Assembly: GCA_012026655.1 (NCBI GenBank)
Contig: JAAILG010000225.1
Coordinates: 1 to 64,000, forward strand
Length of the DNA stretch: 64,000 nt
Reading direction: 5' to 3'
Source: Hydrolagus affinis
Lineage: Eukaryota
Positions 50,869 to 61,335 of this stretch are shown here, piece after piece. Position numbers and translations under genes: made by a program. Every line of letters begins with the position of its first letter. The stretch's first letter is position 1. The notes beneath the pieces are model-generated. The model saw only the letters and a program-made list of their open reading frames with translations. It made no database searches and had not been told where the DNA came from.

Positions 50869-51189
50869 CTTTACAAACAAAAAGCTGGGGGAAAAAATCT
50901 TACGCGAAACCTGTGTGCAGGTTTGCCTCTGAGTGGCAAACCTGTGTGCCTCTGAGACCCTGCCCCATGTTAAAGTTGCTATATACATACAAGCTGTTGT
51001 TGTTGTCTTCCGAGGAACTGACGTGTCAAAGTGTGTCAAAGCTACCCTTGTAGCTCGGATGTCTCTTTGCCAGAATGTGAGGATTTTCCCCACACCTGTC
51101 CCATTTCAATTTCCAGTTTGAAGCCAACAACAGTGACAAAAGTTCCCTGCTGCTCCTCTGATTTCTCACCAATCCATTCATTCCTCGAT

Positions 51190-51370
51190 AATAATATTAT
51201 AAATAACCCTTGCATTTGATGGAGCGCCGTATCACATCGTTGAGCCGTCTCAAAGCGCCTCGCAGAATATACAGCAAAGTGAATGGACTGTGTATTTTGG
51301 GGGTGCAGCCCGGCAGCCAGTTAGTTGCCCATAAACAATGGTGCATTGAATAATCAAATTATTATTTTTG
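51190..51370 (-). mobile_element. SINE 3' half
   Basis: Family tail in reverse orientation. Confidence 0.8.
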
Positions 51371-51437
51371 ATCAAGCCCCTGTCCCACCATTGGTTGGCC
51401 ACCATTAACTTCAATAACGTGTATGTGCCTCACTTCC

Positions 51438-51442
<5 letters not shown>

Positions 51443-51473
<31 letters not shown>

Positions 51474-51480
51474 CTCTCTC
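51443..51480. repeat. (CT)n microsatellite
   Basis: Seen directly in the sequence. Confidence 0.9.
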
Positions 51481-51871
51481 ACCATCTTCAAGCAAGCTTT
51501 TTTGGGGTGTGCTTTTGTGCGCCATGCTTTCATTTTCCTTTTTTCCATGCTTGGCGGGTGCTCCCAGTTTGTCATTAAGCTCCAAGGCAGTGTGTAAGTG
51601 CTTGTTGTTGCACTGATGCAGAACTGCCCGTGTGTAACAATTTTTCGCCATAATTGTAGGGCTTTGATTGATGCCTGCGCCTGGACCACTTCCAAACTGA
51701 AGTACTTTGTTAGTGTTGTTGCGTTCTCTTTCCCATAAAGCTGTCCTCCTCTTCCCTTCCTCTTGCTTGAGTTGGCTTCTTTGGCCGAAAGCTATTCTGA
51801 CTGGACGTGGCTGTTCTCGACTCATGAGCCAGAACTGTGTGGGTCATCTCAGCTGGCTTCTTAATCACGTC

Positions 51872-52035
51872 AATAATAATCATAATAATAATCCTTGCAC
51901 TGGATATAGCGCCTTATCACGTCATTGAGACTTCTCAAAGCGCTTCACAGAATAAACTGTCGAGTGAATTGATAGTGTATTTTGTGGGGGAGAAGCGGCA
52001 GCCAATTGCGCACAGCAATGTCCCACAAACAATTG
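51872..52035 (-). mobile_element. SINE 3' half
   Basis: Family tail in reverse orientation. Confidence 0.9.
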
Positions 52036-53074
52036 ACGGGCAACAAGTGAATGTCCAGAAAGCTCTCCCTCAGACCACATCCTGCTTTAAATCAAGCCGC
52101 CTGCACCGAGTTTGATTTATAGCTGCAATATCCTGAAACCCATGTGATCCCTCCTGGAAAAATCAACAGAGGGTTCGTTTAGATAAACTGCAAAACCTTG
52201 ACAATGCACACAAACTCCACATCAAACATAGCTGCACTAACATTAATGTGTGTGCTGCGGGCAGCTGCAGTGATTGCACACGTCTTGCTGCTTTTTAAAC
52301 CGTGCGGCTGCTCGCGACTTTTCAAGGGTACAATTGAGATTAGTGGACTATCCCTCCAGAACACAGCTGCTTGAATGTTCTGGCTGATATGCTATTTTAT
52401 TGAAAAAAACATAGTATTTTTGCTGCATAAATGAGCAGTGCTGCATGGCACAAAAAAAGTGTGTGCTGCTTCGAATGTTTTCATTTGAAAGGCACTTTGA
52501 ACGTTGAATGTGGAACTGAACGAGTTATAAACAGAGCCAATTCCTCACGTCTGTGGCTTCTTTCCACTTTTTCACTAACCGTTTACCTTTCCTTTTTGAA
52601 ATGTGTTGGGCGTTGATGATTTTTTTTATTAACGATCGGATTTGTAACCATTTGCAACGCAATTTACGTTGGTAGAGTGCCTTTCCTCGCAGGAGGACGT
52701 CTCAATGCGCTTGTCAAAATGGGGTGGGTGCCTGGGTTGGGGTTGGAGCAGTGGGGAGCAATGAACGAGGAAAAGTGGGGACTGAAAGTGCAGTCAGTCA
52801 AAGAAGTACATTATTTTTTAGATGTTCCTTAAAGTTACAGTTTCAAGTTACGTGCGTCAACTGCACATTTAAGGTGACTGACTTCAGGCAAACAAAACTG
52901 AATGAGTCATTGGGAAGCCCCGAGGCTCTCTGTTGACGACTGAGCGTTCCTTCTCGGTGCTGAGTGGACAAGGAGAGGACAATTTGCTAGACATTCATTA
53001 AGTTCATCCCCGTGGCGCAAGGTTTAAAACTTGTGTAACAGACACCAGTCCCAGAATCCAGGAGCCGTCTGCTC

Positions 53075-53085
53075 ATGAGTCAGCA
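53075..53085 (+). promoter_or_regulatory. NF-E2/NRF2/BACH-type site (ATGAGTCAGCA)
   Basis: Exact match to RTGASTCAGCA; a second AP-1 site at 52903-52909. Confidence 0.35.
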
Positions 53086-53444
53086 CAGGTGAGACTTGAC
53101 TTGTAATGGGCTGTTCCCTTCCGTGGCAAGATGAGTTGGAACATATTTTCTCTACTGTTTTTTACCTTTTGAATCCAGACTGTGATGCAACACGAGCTTT
53201 GTCATTAAAATAATTTGTCTTGTGTTCAAGATTTTTCCCAAAGGTCATGAAGGTTAGGTTAGCTCAACCAGAACCTGCACTTAAATAGCACCCTCCACGC
53301 AAGGGTAGAGTTTTAGAGGTCAGGTCAGGTCTCAGTGCATAATATCCCACTCGTATACTTAACTGCATGAAGCCCCATTGTCTCATTGTCCCCAGCGCAT
53401 CGGCTGCAAGATCCTTGCTCTCACCTATACAAGGCTATTCTTAC

Positions 53445-53482
53445 CCTCGACCTCCCTGTAGTTGAGGGTTAGCTTCATTGTC
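53445..53482 (-). CDS. Putative 38-nt internal exon (TMKLTLNYREVE)
   Basis: Strong acceptor tttttttacttctttcccaAG|G and donor AGG|GTAAGA; phase 2 in and phase 1 out match both neighbours. Confidence 0.5.
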
Positions 53483-53651
53483 CTTGGGAAAGAAGTAAAA
53501 AAAACACAAGGTTCTGGCTCCTGGCTCCTTTCCAGTGGCTTCTGCGAAGCGCATAAGCATTGGCAGCTCCAACAAAGCCGGGAACACGTTTATAACTGTA
53601 AAACCTCCCCCCACTGTTGTGGACATTTGCCTGTTGATGGTTGTGGCTCAC

Positions 53652-53698
53652 CCATGGAGAATGGCCACTCGGATGAAATGCCAGAGAGTCCCGTGGAG
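53652..53698 (-). CDS. Putative 47-nt internal exon (LHGTLWHFIRVAILH)
   Basis: Donor TGG|GTGAGC; acceptor aacAG|C preceded by a long C-rich tract; phase-compatible with its neighbours. Confidence 0.45.
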
Positions 53699-53731
53699 CT
53701 GTTCATCAGCGTGTCATTCAGGCGATGTGAA

Positions 53732-53782
53732 GGTGGGGGGGTAGGGGGGTAGGGGGTGGGTGGGTGGGGGAGGGGAGGGGGC
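53732..53782 (+). repeat. G-run tract with G-quadruplex potential
   Basis: At least seven runs of three or more G separated by 1-2 nt loops. Confidence 0.75.
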
Positions 53783-54427
53783 AGAAGGTAGACTCGGGGA
53801 TTCTTTTCTTTCTGAACAAAAGTGACCACAGTTGGAAGTCCTCTGGAAAATCCAGGCAGAAGCCTGGGATTGCAGGTCTCCAGATGGACTCAGCGTGTGT
53901 GAAACTGCGGCTCGGGCCAGCCAGGGGCTCCTGTGTGCTGTGCGCTGATGGTGTTTCCAGGTAACTCAACAGAGTGGAATTGTAATCGCATGACAGTGTG
54001 ATTCAAGCAGTTATGGTGATACGGGAGGAGGGGGCATTACCATTAAAGCCTGCACATTACAATGCAGCTTTGTTTTATAAGGTATGTGAGGGTATGTTAA
54101 CTGTGCGAGTGCGTTGGACCATAGAATAATGTATTGTATTTGATTTTAATGGATTTAAAATTGAGCATATGTGACCATTGCTCTTTTTGGGATGAGGCAG
54201 GAGCAGCAGCTGGACACCAGAAGAACTCTCTGCTCTTTGAAATGGTGCAGTGGGTGTTCTAGGCATGCTGGGTGGGAGGCAGTGTGGGGTAAAAAAACAA
54301 TATGGTCGCTGGAAACCTTTCTGCTCATTGCACAAAAAACATTCTTCTCTCTCTACAGCTAATAGTTCTTATCCACACTCCATCCAAACCCCTTCTGGTA
54401 ACCAGGAAGAGTTAGTTTAACTCTTAA

Positions 54428-54570
54428 TAACAAGAACAATAAGAAGAATCATTCTTGCCTTTGATATAACGCCCGATCACATCGTTCAGATGTCTCAAAG
54501 CGCTTCACAGAATGTATTGTAAAGTGGATTGACTGTATTTTGTGGGTGAAACGCAGCATCCAATTGAGCT
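54428..54570 (-). mobile_element. SINE tail
   Basis: Family tail in reverse orientation. Confidence 0.85.
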
Positions 54571-55279
54571 CAATGACAATAGAAACTCCCATCTATATAT
54601 ATATATATGTATAAGCCTTAGGTGTGTGTATGTGTGTGTGTATATATATATATATATATGTAAATATATTTAAGCCTCAGCTTAAAAAAAATCCAACAAA
54701 GAAAAACAACCCAGTGATTAAAGCTCACCCTTTTTTTTGTAAACAACAAATACATTATTTTGAAAAAGTTTCAAAATATATGAATAAACTCAAAAACACT
54801 AGGCCGCGAATGTTATGCAGGGGTATAGCTAGTTACTGCATGAATTGTTTGCTTTAGCTACTGAAAAGTGGTGTCCAGGATGGGGGAGATCTAAAGAGAG
54901 GGAGAAAACCATTCTCTCTACTGAGTCTGGAGAGCCATTTCCTGCCCGCAGGGTCTTGTTTCCTTTTCTGCATTAGTCCTGTGGTTGTGAATGTGTACAG
55001 AGGCTCTGTGTTTGGAGGTAGCTGTGTGTGTGTGTGTGTGTGTGGAGGTGGGGTTACATCCGTTCCTGCAGGACACTTGGATTCTGAGGGTTTCCTTTAG
55101 TTCTGTTTGAATTTCTTTTGTCGGCAGTTTTTATTTATTCACCCAGCGGGAGACATTGGGTCTATTCCGCAATCCCTAACAATCCCGATCTTTTCATTGC
55201 ATACTTGCAATGGGATTTCCTGTTAAATCAATGGCCACATTTAGTAACCTGCATGTGTCAGATGCCTGTCAACCTAATC

Positions 55280-55565
55280 AACAAAAAGTTGCATTTGTAC
55301 AGCCTTTCATGCTAGAACGACATCTCAAAGTGCTTCATGGATGTATATTGTAAAATGATGGTGTTATTTGTAGACGTATGAGTCAGCGCATCTGCACACA
55401 GCAATATCCCACAAACAGCCATGTAGTGAATCTATTTTATTTGGGGGATTGTTGGCTAGGACACTCCCTGTTTATTGACTGGTGCCATGTGATCCTTCAT
55501 GTCCACCTGAACAGGCAGACAGGACTTCAGTTTAAGTTGGGGAGTGGGTTTGAACCCACCCTTTT
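55280..55565 (-). mobile_element. DeuSINE, diverged
   Basis: Tail, then ttggctaggacac, gtgccatgtgatcc.tcatgtccacctgaacaggcagacagg and the head gggtttgaacccac. Confidence 0.7.
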
Positions 55566-55696
55566 AATAAGATTATGCAAAACTGACCTGCTGTATTTCC
55601 AGTGTTTTGTAATGTCCTGGTCAGTGCAGTCACTACTACAGTATAACTGACTCAAATCACCAGAGGACAAAGTGCCTGGTAGCGTCTATTACTTAC

Positions 55697-55732
55697 AGCT
55701 CTGTAGGGCGAGTGTGAAACAAAATCCACCTT
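55697..55732 (-). CDS. Putative 36-nt exon (KVDFVSHSPYRA); 33 nt if the second AG is used
   Basis: Donor GCT|GTAAGT; tandem acceptor TAG/AAG with a branch-point-like GACTAAT about 30 nt upstream. Confidence 0.4.
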
Positions 55733-56009
55733 CTAATTCATTTGGGATGGATAAGGACCATTAGTCGGGTTTTATCCAAAACATAAATCCTGTTTTTTTT
55801 AAGTTGGGGGAGAAATATGATACTGCGCCCAGACTCCTTTCCGGGAAATTAAATTCTGGTACAATCAGGAATTAGTTTGAAACACTGAAAAATCTCAAGA
55901 ACTAAAGCCAGTTACTAACAAACCTCAAAACACAGTCCGTTGGTTACAGTATCCTGGGAAAACTAATCCATCAAAGGTAAGTATTATTATTATTATAAAT
56001 CATTAAAAT

Positions 56010-56109
56010 NNNNNNNNNNNNNNNNNNNNNNNNNNNNNNNNNNNNNNNNNNNNNNNNNNNNNNNNNNNNNNNNNNNNNNNNNNNNNNNNNNNNNNNNNNN
56101 NNNNNNNNN
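56010..56109. other. Assembly gap (100 N)
   Basis: Run of N. Confidence 1.
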
Positions 56110-56406
56110 GCAAATGGAATAAATGGACTAGAATTTTAGTGGCAAACGGGAACTGTTCTAGCTCTTTGGCTTCTGTTTGGCATCACAAACAGAGGATAAA
56201 ATGCTTTTTTTGTACAGATGTGTATTGTATTTTTAGACCCTTTATCAGCCCCACATTCTGTCACCAATTTCATACTTTCAAACTCCAGGGCTGCTTTCTT
56301 TAATAACCTCACTTAACTCGGTCTTCCCTTCATTCCTTATTTTTACTCTCTCTTCTATTCTTTTTCTCTTCTTTCACAAAAACGCATCCTCTTTCTCCCA
56401 TTCTCT

Positions 56407-56488
56407 TCATAGAATCATAGAATTTACAGCACAAAAGGAGGCCAGTCAGCCCATCGTGTCTTTTCCCAGCTCTTTGAAAAGAGCTATT
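56407..56488 (-). mobile_element. CR1 3' tail
   Basis: tcatagaatcatagaatttacagcacaaaaggaggcca..cagccca; same family as the 31451 copy. Confidence 0.9.
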
Positions 56489-57200
56489 CAACAGCAACAA
56501 CAAAATTGCACTTATATAGCGCTTTTCACGTCGGAAGGACGTCCCAAAGCGCTGAACAGTCAGGTTGGGACCTGCGAGGGGGTGAGGAGGGTTAGGGTTG
56601 GGGGAAGGAGAGTAGGAGAGGGGAAGAATTAGTGGGGGAGCTGAAGGCGCGGTCGAAGGGGAAGGTCTTGAGACCGGCCTTGAAGGAGGAAAGGCGGAGA
56701 GGCTGCGGGATGGAGTTCCACAGTGTGGGAGCAGAGCGGCTAAAAGCCCAGCCGCCGATGGTTGGGCGGTTAGGGCGGTGGACGCGGAGCAGGCCTGAGT
56801 CTGCTGAACAGAGGGGACGGGCGGGCTGATAGGGAGACAGTAGGTCAGAGAGATAGGTGGGGGCAAGGCCGTGAATGGTCTTGAAAGTGAGAACAAGGAT
56901 CTTAAATTCGATCCTTTGGGTGACGGGGAGCCAGCGGAGACGGGCGAGGGTGGGAGTGATGTGGTAGTGAAGCCTGGTGCGGGAGAGTACACGAGCTGCA
57001 GAGTTCTGAATGATCTGCAGCCTGTGAAGGGAGAAGCTGGGGGGGGCCGGCGAAGAGAGAGTTCCCGTAGTCGAACCTGGAAGTGATAAAGGCGTGGATG
57101 AGAGTTTCGGCAGCGTGGGGGGTGAGGTAGTGGCGGAGTCTGGCAATATTATGGAGATGATGGAAGACTGTGCCGGTCATGGAACGGATGTGGGAGAGGA
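56489..57200 (-). mobile_element. L2 LINE 3' fragment (longest copy, frameshifted ORF2 C-terminus)
   Basis: HLHNIARLRHYLTPHAAETLIHAFITSRFDYGNSL, then LQIIQNSAARVL..HITPTLARLRWLPVTQRIEFKIL..AFSRSAPTLWNSIP. Confidence 0.95.
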
Positions 57201-57289
57201 AGGATTGGCTTCGAGAGGTGGAGAAGCCAATCAGGAATCAGGATTCAAAGTCAATCCCACTTCCCGGCTCTCTCCCCATAACCCCACAA

Positions 57290-57600
57290 ACCTGTCCACC
57301 CCTCTTATTTGAAACTTCTTGCTCAACGGGCTCTAACCTGTTCCATATCCCTCACCGTGCACATCACACCATCGGTGGTCAGGCCTTCAGCTTTTCTGCA
57401 CCTGCCCCTTGGAACTCAATCCACAGGCCCTTTACCTCGCCCCCTTCCTTGTCTCCTTCAAGGCCAGTTTCAAGACGTTTCTTCGACCGTGTCTTCGGTC
57501 AACCTCCTTCCCCATCTTCCCTGCCTGCCAGCACTCCTGATCCCAACCCCTAGCTCAGGCCCAAATCCTTGACTGTCCAGTGCCTTGGGACATACTTTAT
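57290..57600 (+). mobile_element. L2 LINE 3' fragment
   Basis: Encodes TIGGQAFSFSAPAPWNSI; tail ctgtccagtgccttgggacat. Confidence 0.85.
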
Positions 57601-58304
57601 CACGATTATTCTTGTAGACATTTTTTTTTCTCTAATTTGTTCTTTGGAGCTGAATGTCTTCAGTGAGTTGCAACTCGCCCACACATACTTCCTGCATCCC
57701 AGCTCTTCTCCCTGTGCAATTTGTGCCCTATTACCCTATGCAAACCAAGCAAGAGACCTGATGATTGCTGTGCTGTGCACCCGACCTCTGTTAATGCATC
57801 TCTCAAGTCCCTTGGTACACCCCAGCTATGTCCAGAATGGACCACATTAAATGCACTTTTCACCACAAACACATACAGTACTTTGAAATGGTGCGCTGTC
57901 CTTTGGGTGAAACATACAACGGAATTTACATCTGCCTATTCATGTGGATAATAAGAATCCCATGATCACAATGACAATCGAAAAGAGAATGACGTACAAT
58001 GAGACATTCGCTTCATGGCTTTTTGTGGGACTTTGCTGCGTGTCAATTGCTGATGTGTTTGCCTACCAAAGCAGTACCTGTGTTTGAAAGCAATTCTCCG
58101 TGAAGGTGTTTAGGCGATTTATGTGCTGTATCAAATGCAAGGGTACATGCAAGGATATACTGTACATACTCATGGCTTAAATCTAGTGCTCTGTGCCATT
58201 CTCCTGCATGTTTCTAAAGTTCTGTGGGATTGTACCTGCTGGGAGCTTGGTTGGTTGCCCACCCCTCAGTCGGGAATGATAGTGAACATGAGGAGAAATG
58301 CGTT

Positions 58305-58540
58305 GCAGGGCAAACCCTTGGGCAAGTTTCCTTACTCCACACGCCTGATAATAATCCCTCAAAAAAAAATTGGTTGCGTCAATCCACGACTGTTTATGGG
58401 ACATTGCTGTGCGCAATTGGCTGCCGCGTTTCGTCCATAAATATACAGTTGATTCACTTTACAGTATATTCTGTGAAGCGCTTTGAGATTTCTGGAAAAC
58501 GTGAAAAGTGCTTTATTAAATGCAAGGATTATTACTATTG
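58305..58540 (+). mobile_element. Short-subfamily SINE lacking the tRNA head
   Basis: gcagggcaaacccttgggcaagtttccttactccacacgcc through the tail. Confidence 0.92.
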
Positions 58541-59085
58541 CAAGTAAGGCACTGTTTGCTGAACGCTTTGGTATAAAACCAAGCATCTGGATAATTAGCT
58601 GATTTTTTTTGTCTGATCTAGTCATTTCTGAATTTTAACTGCACGGATATTTAGAGTTCTTTGTTGAAACTCCTCTGTCTGTCTCCGCACTGTTTCCGGA
58701 CAGACAGCTGGAAGGCATCATTTAGCTTCCAGGCGTGCCTTGATGCTGTTCCCTGACAGATTGCTAGGAGCAGAGCTTGCTCAATATTCAGCAGTCGATG
58801 TAAAATCTGAGCAATGGTCGTCTCCCATTTATACGCATCCCACAATTTAGAGGCAGGGGGTGGTGGGTATGGAGGAGATGTAGGAGAGCAATTTGGGATT
58901 GAGTTGTCCCTTTCACGTACACACCCTTCCTGTGTGGAGAATGGTTTAGCTGCATTGCCGCTATGACCTGGATAGAGAGGAGTTGGTGTAATCACCCGCC
59001 CCCTCAGTCTGGCTCTAGACTGTGGCTCCAGCCCCGCATGCCTTACAGTGAGGCATCATCTGCCATCATTCATAAAACACCTTAC

Positions 59086-59127
59086 ACGGGATACAAGCCC
59101 TGACGCAGGAATCAGCTCCTTCCCCAT
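59086..59127 (-). CDS. Possible first coding exon (MGKELIPASGLVSR); exon may start at 59193
   Basis: ATG at 59127 with in-frame stops upstream; donor CGT|GTAAGG in phase 0; acceptor tttccAG at 59195-59194; separated from the other exons by an assembly gap. Confidence 0.25.
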
Positions 59128-60044
59128 TGATGGGACGTCTCTCTCTTCACAATATTGCAGGATTTACAATTATTTTAAAAGTCCCACAATGTGCTGGAAA
59201 TCATTTCATTATCGCAGTGCAAGTATTCAGGCAGCATTATTCAAAGCACGTTGAATGTTGGACTTCATTAACAACACACCCTTGGCATCTTCCCCACCCC
59301 ATTCCCTATTTTCTTTTTAAAAAAATACCAAACTAACATTCCAAACATTCTCCCTCATGTTGGTTGGAAAGGATAAGTATCTTAAAGTTAAGTTGGACAG
59401 GTTTTTTTTTTACTGGGGGTGAAGCAGAGAGTCTGAGCAACAGTGACTGTGAAGGTAATACATGGTCAAGGTTGTCTGTCTGTAGCCCACAAGACCAGTT
59501 TAAGTGGGAGGTGGGAGGGTCGAGAGGAGCTGATTAGAGTGGGAGATATACAGAAGGGAATAGTGAGAGATATTCCAGACTTGTATTTCCTTTTGTTTTC
59601 TCTCCCTCCCGCCCCCTCCTTTTCTTTATTGGGGGTCAATTGTTGGCCGGCTTTACTTTTGTTTGCATTATTCCTGTGGTGCTTTAGAAAAATAATAAGC
59701 GAGAAATACCTTGTTTGTTCAGAGCCTGTGGACTGTCGAAGCACTAAATCTCTTCCAAGTGCTAAAAACCAGCATTGTGCAGTTTAGAAAAATGCCTCTT
59801 GGGGCTCTTGACTATTGGGTCAAGAGTTTGCCTCGAATAACACGATAGTTTGGGTCTGATTCGTCCCTGGCTTGGCCTTGAGCTCTGAATCCAAGCCGAC
59901 CTGATCAAATCCCTTTCTTTTAATAAAAATTCTACCGAGTGCCGTGTTCAAATCAACTCCAGTCCCAAGAAGCTGAGGACATTTGAGAATATTTTATTCT
60001 TGATCAGGCATGCAAATTGTTACATTAAAGTGGGAAGGAGTGGA

Positions 60045-60195
60045 AATGACTGTTTGTGGGAAACTGCTGTGAGCAATTGGCTTCAGAGTTTTGGCCACAA
60101 AATATACACTTTATAGTATATCGTCAAAGCGTTTTGAGACGTCTTGATAACGTGATAAGGTGCTATATCAAACGCAAGGATTACTATTATTATTA
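60045..60195 (+). mobile_element. SINE 3' half
   Basis: Family body and tail. Confidence 0.85.
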
Positions 60196-61221
60196 AGAAA
60201 TATGATTCTGCACAACAGAAGCAACAACAGCTTGCATTCATATCAGCCCTTCACACAGGGTTGTGTCTTGGGAGTATTTAAAAATATAAAAAGATAGCAA
60301 ATGTTAAATTGGATTTTATTATACAGTATGTATACCTTGAGCACTGTGGGAATAATGTAACAAATAAATTAGTTCTATATACTGTATAGTGATGCCATTC
60401 AACTGATTGTACATATACTTTTTACTGTAAAGACCCATTACTTTGTGTGATAACTGCTGGTGTGTAGTGTTGAGTCTACCATATGGAAAAAATCAGGTTG
60501 CACGGGGTCAGGGATGCTTAGATACAGTGTTGGGAGTTTAGCCAGGTGGTTGGAAATTGAAATCCCAGCCTCGATGGACTTCACCTTCGTGGCTCCTCAT
60601 TCTCTCAGCAGGAGGAGGACGAAGATTAAAGCATCTGTAGAAATATGAGTGTTCATTCGAATGTGTTGAATGGTGAGCCTTTGAAAGGGGTGTGCACTCT
60701 GGGTCCCAAATTAGATACAACAACAACTTGCATTTATACAGAGACACTCATGCAGGCGAAAGTCCCAGAGTGCTTATGTTGTATCCATCCAAATAAAACT
60801 GGACCAACTACAACTGGATAGCAGTTGGCATGTTATTAATTACCAACAAGATAATGTGGACTGCTGCTAATATGAGGAAATGCGATAGTGCCGAGCAGAG
60901 TCGAGGCAAAGATTTGGGTGCGATACCAGGCCAGACGGTGAAAGTTACGTCTGCTTTGAAACTGAAACTAGCTGGAATCAAGCAAGTATCAGAAATTTTC
61001 AGTGTGATCTATCTCTGTTCTGGTATGGCCCCTCCCACCACAGAGTTAAATTTTATTTTACCCAAAAGTAGATTTGCTGAGTGCAGCTGGTGTTTGTGAC
61101 ACTGGCTGACCACGCTAAAAGACTGGGCTGCTTATCTTTTTTTTAACATGCAAAGCACGTGGTATAATGTCCCAATTGGTGAGGAAAGCAAGGGATGTTC
61201 CTCCAAAACAAAATGTGATCA

Positions 61222-61335
61222 AAATAACCCTTGCGTTTGATATAGCGCCTCATCACATCATTGAGACGTCTCACAGCGCTTCACAGAACACATTGTAAAG
61301 TGGATTTGACTGTGGATTTTGTGGATGAAAGTGTA
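61222..61335 (-). mobile_element. SINE tail
   Basis: Family tail in reverse orientation. Confidence 0.85.

Noticed and set aside
55697-55789. Longer 93-nt version of the exon using the acAG acceptor at 55791-55790
   Set aside because: Stop codons in all three frames and an A-rich tract before the AG; it could only be non-coding
56330-57180. Long minus-strand ORFs of 220, 184 and 92 aa
   Set aside because: Frameshifted L2 ORF2 C-terminus and its alternative frames, not a host gene
58651-58995. 114-aa minus-strand ORF with a helical-looking segment (ETTIAQILHRLLNIEQALLLAI)
   Set aside because: No convincing flanking splice sites or recognisable homology, and a non-ATG start
60585-60634. Possible 50-nt minus-strand exon (acceptor tttctacAG, donor AAG|GTGAAG)
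   Set aside because: Weak donor; spliced to 59193 it yields only a short upstream ORF, which is too speculative to call
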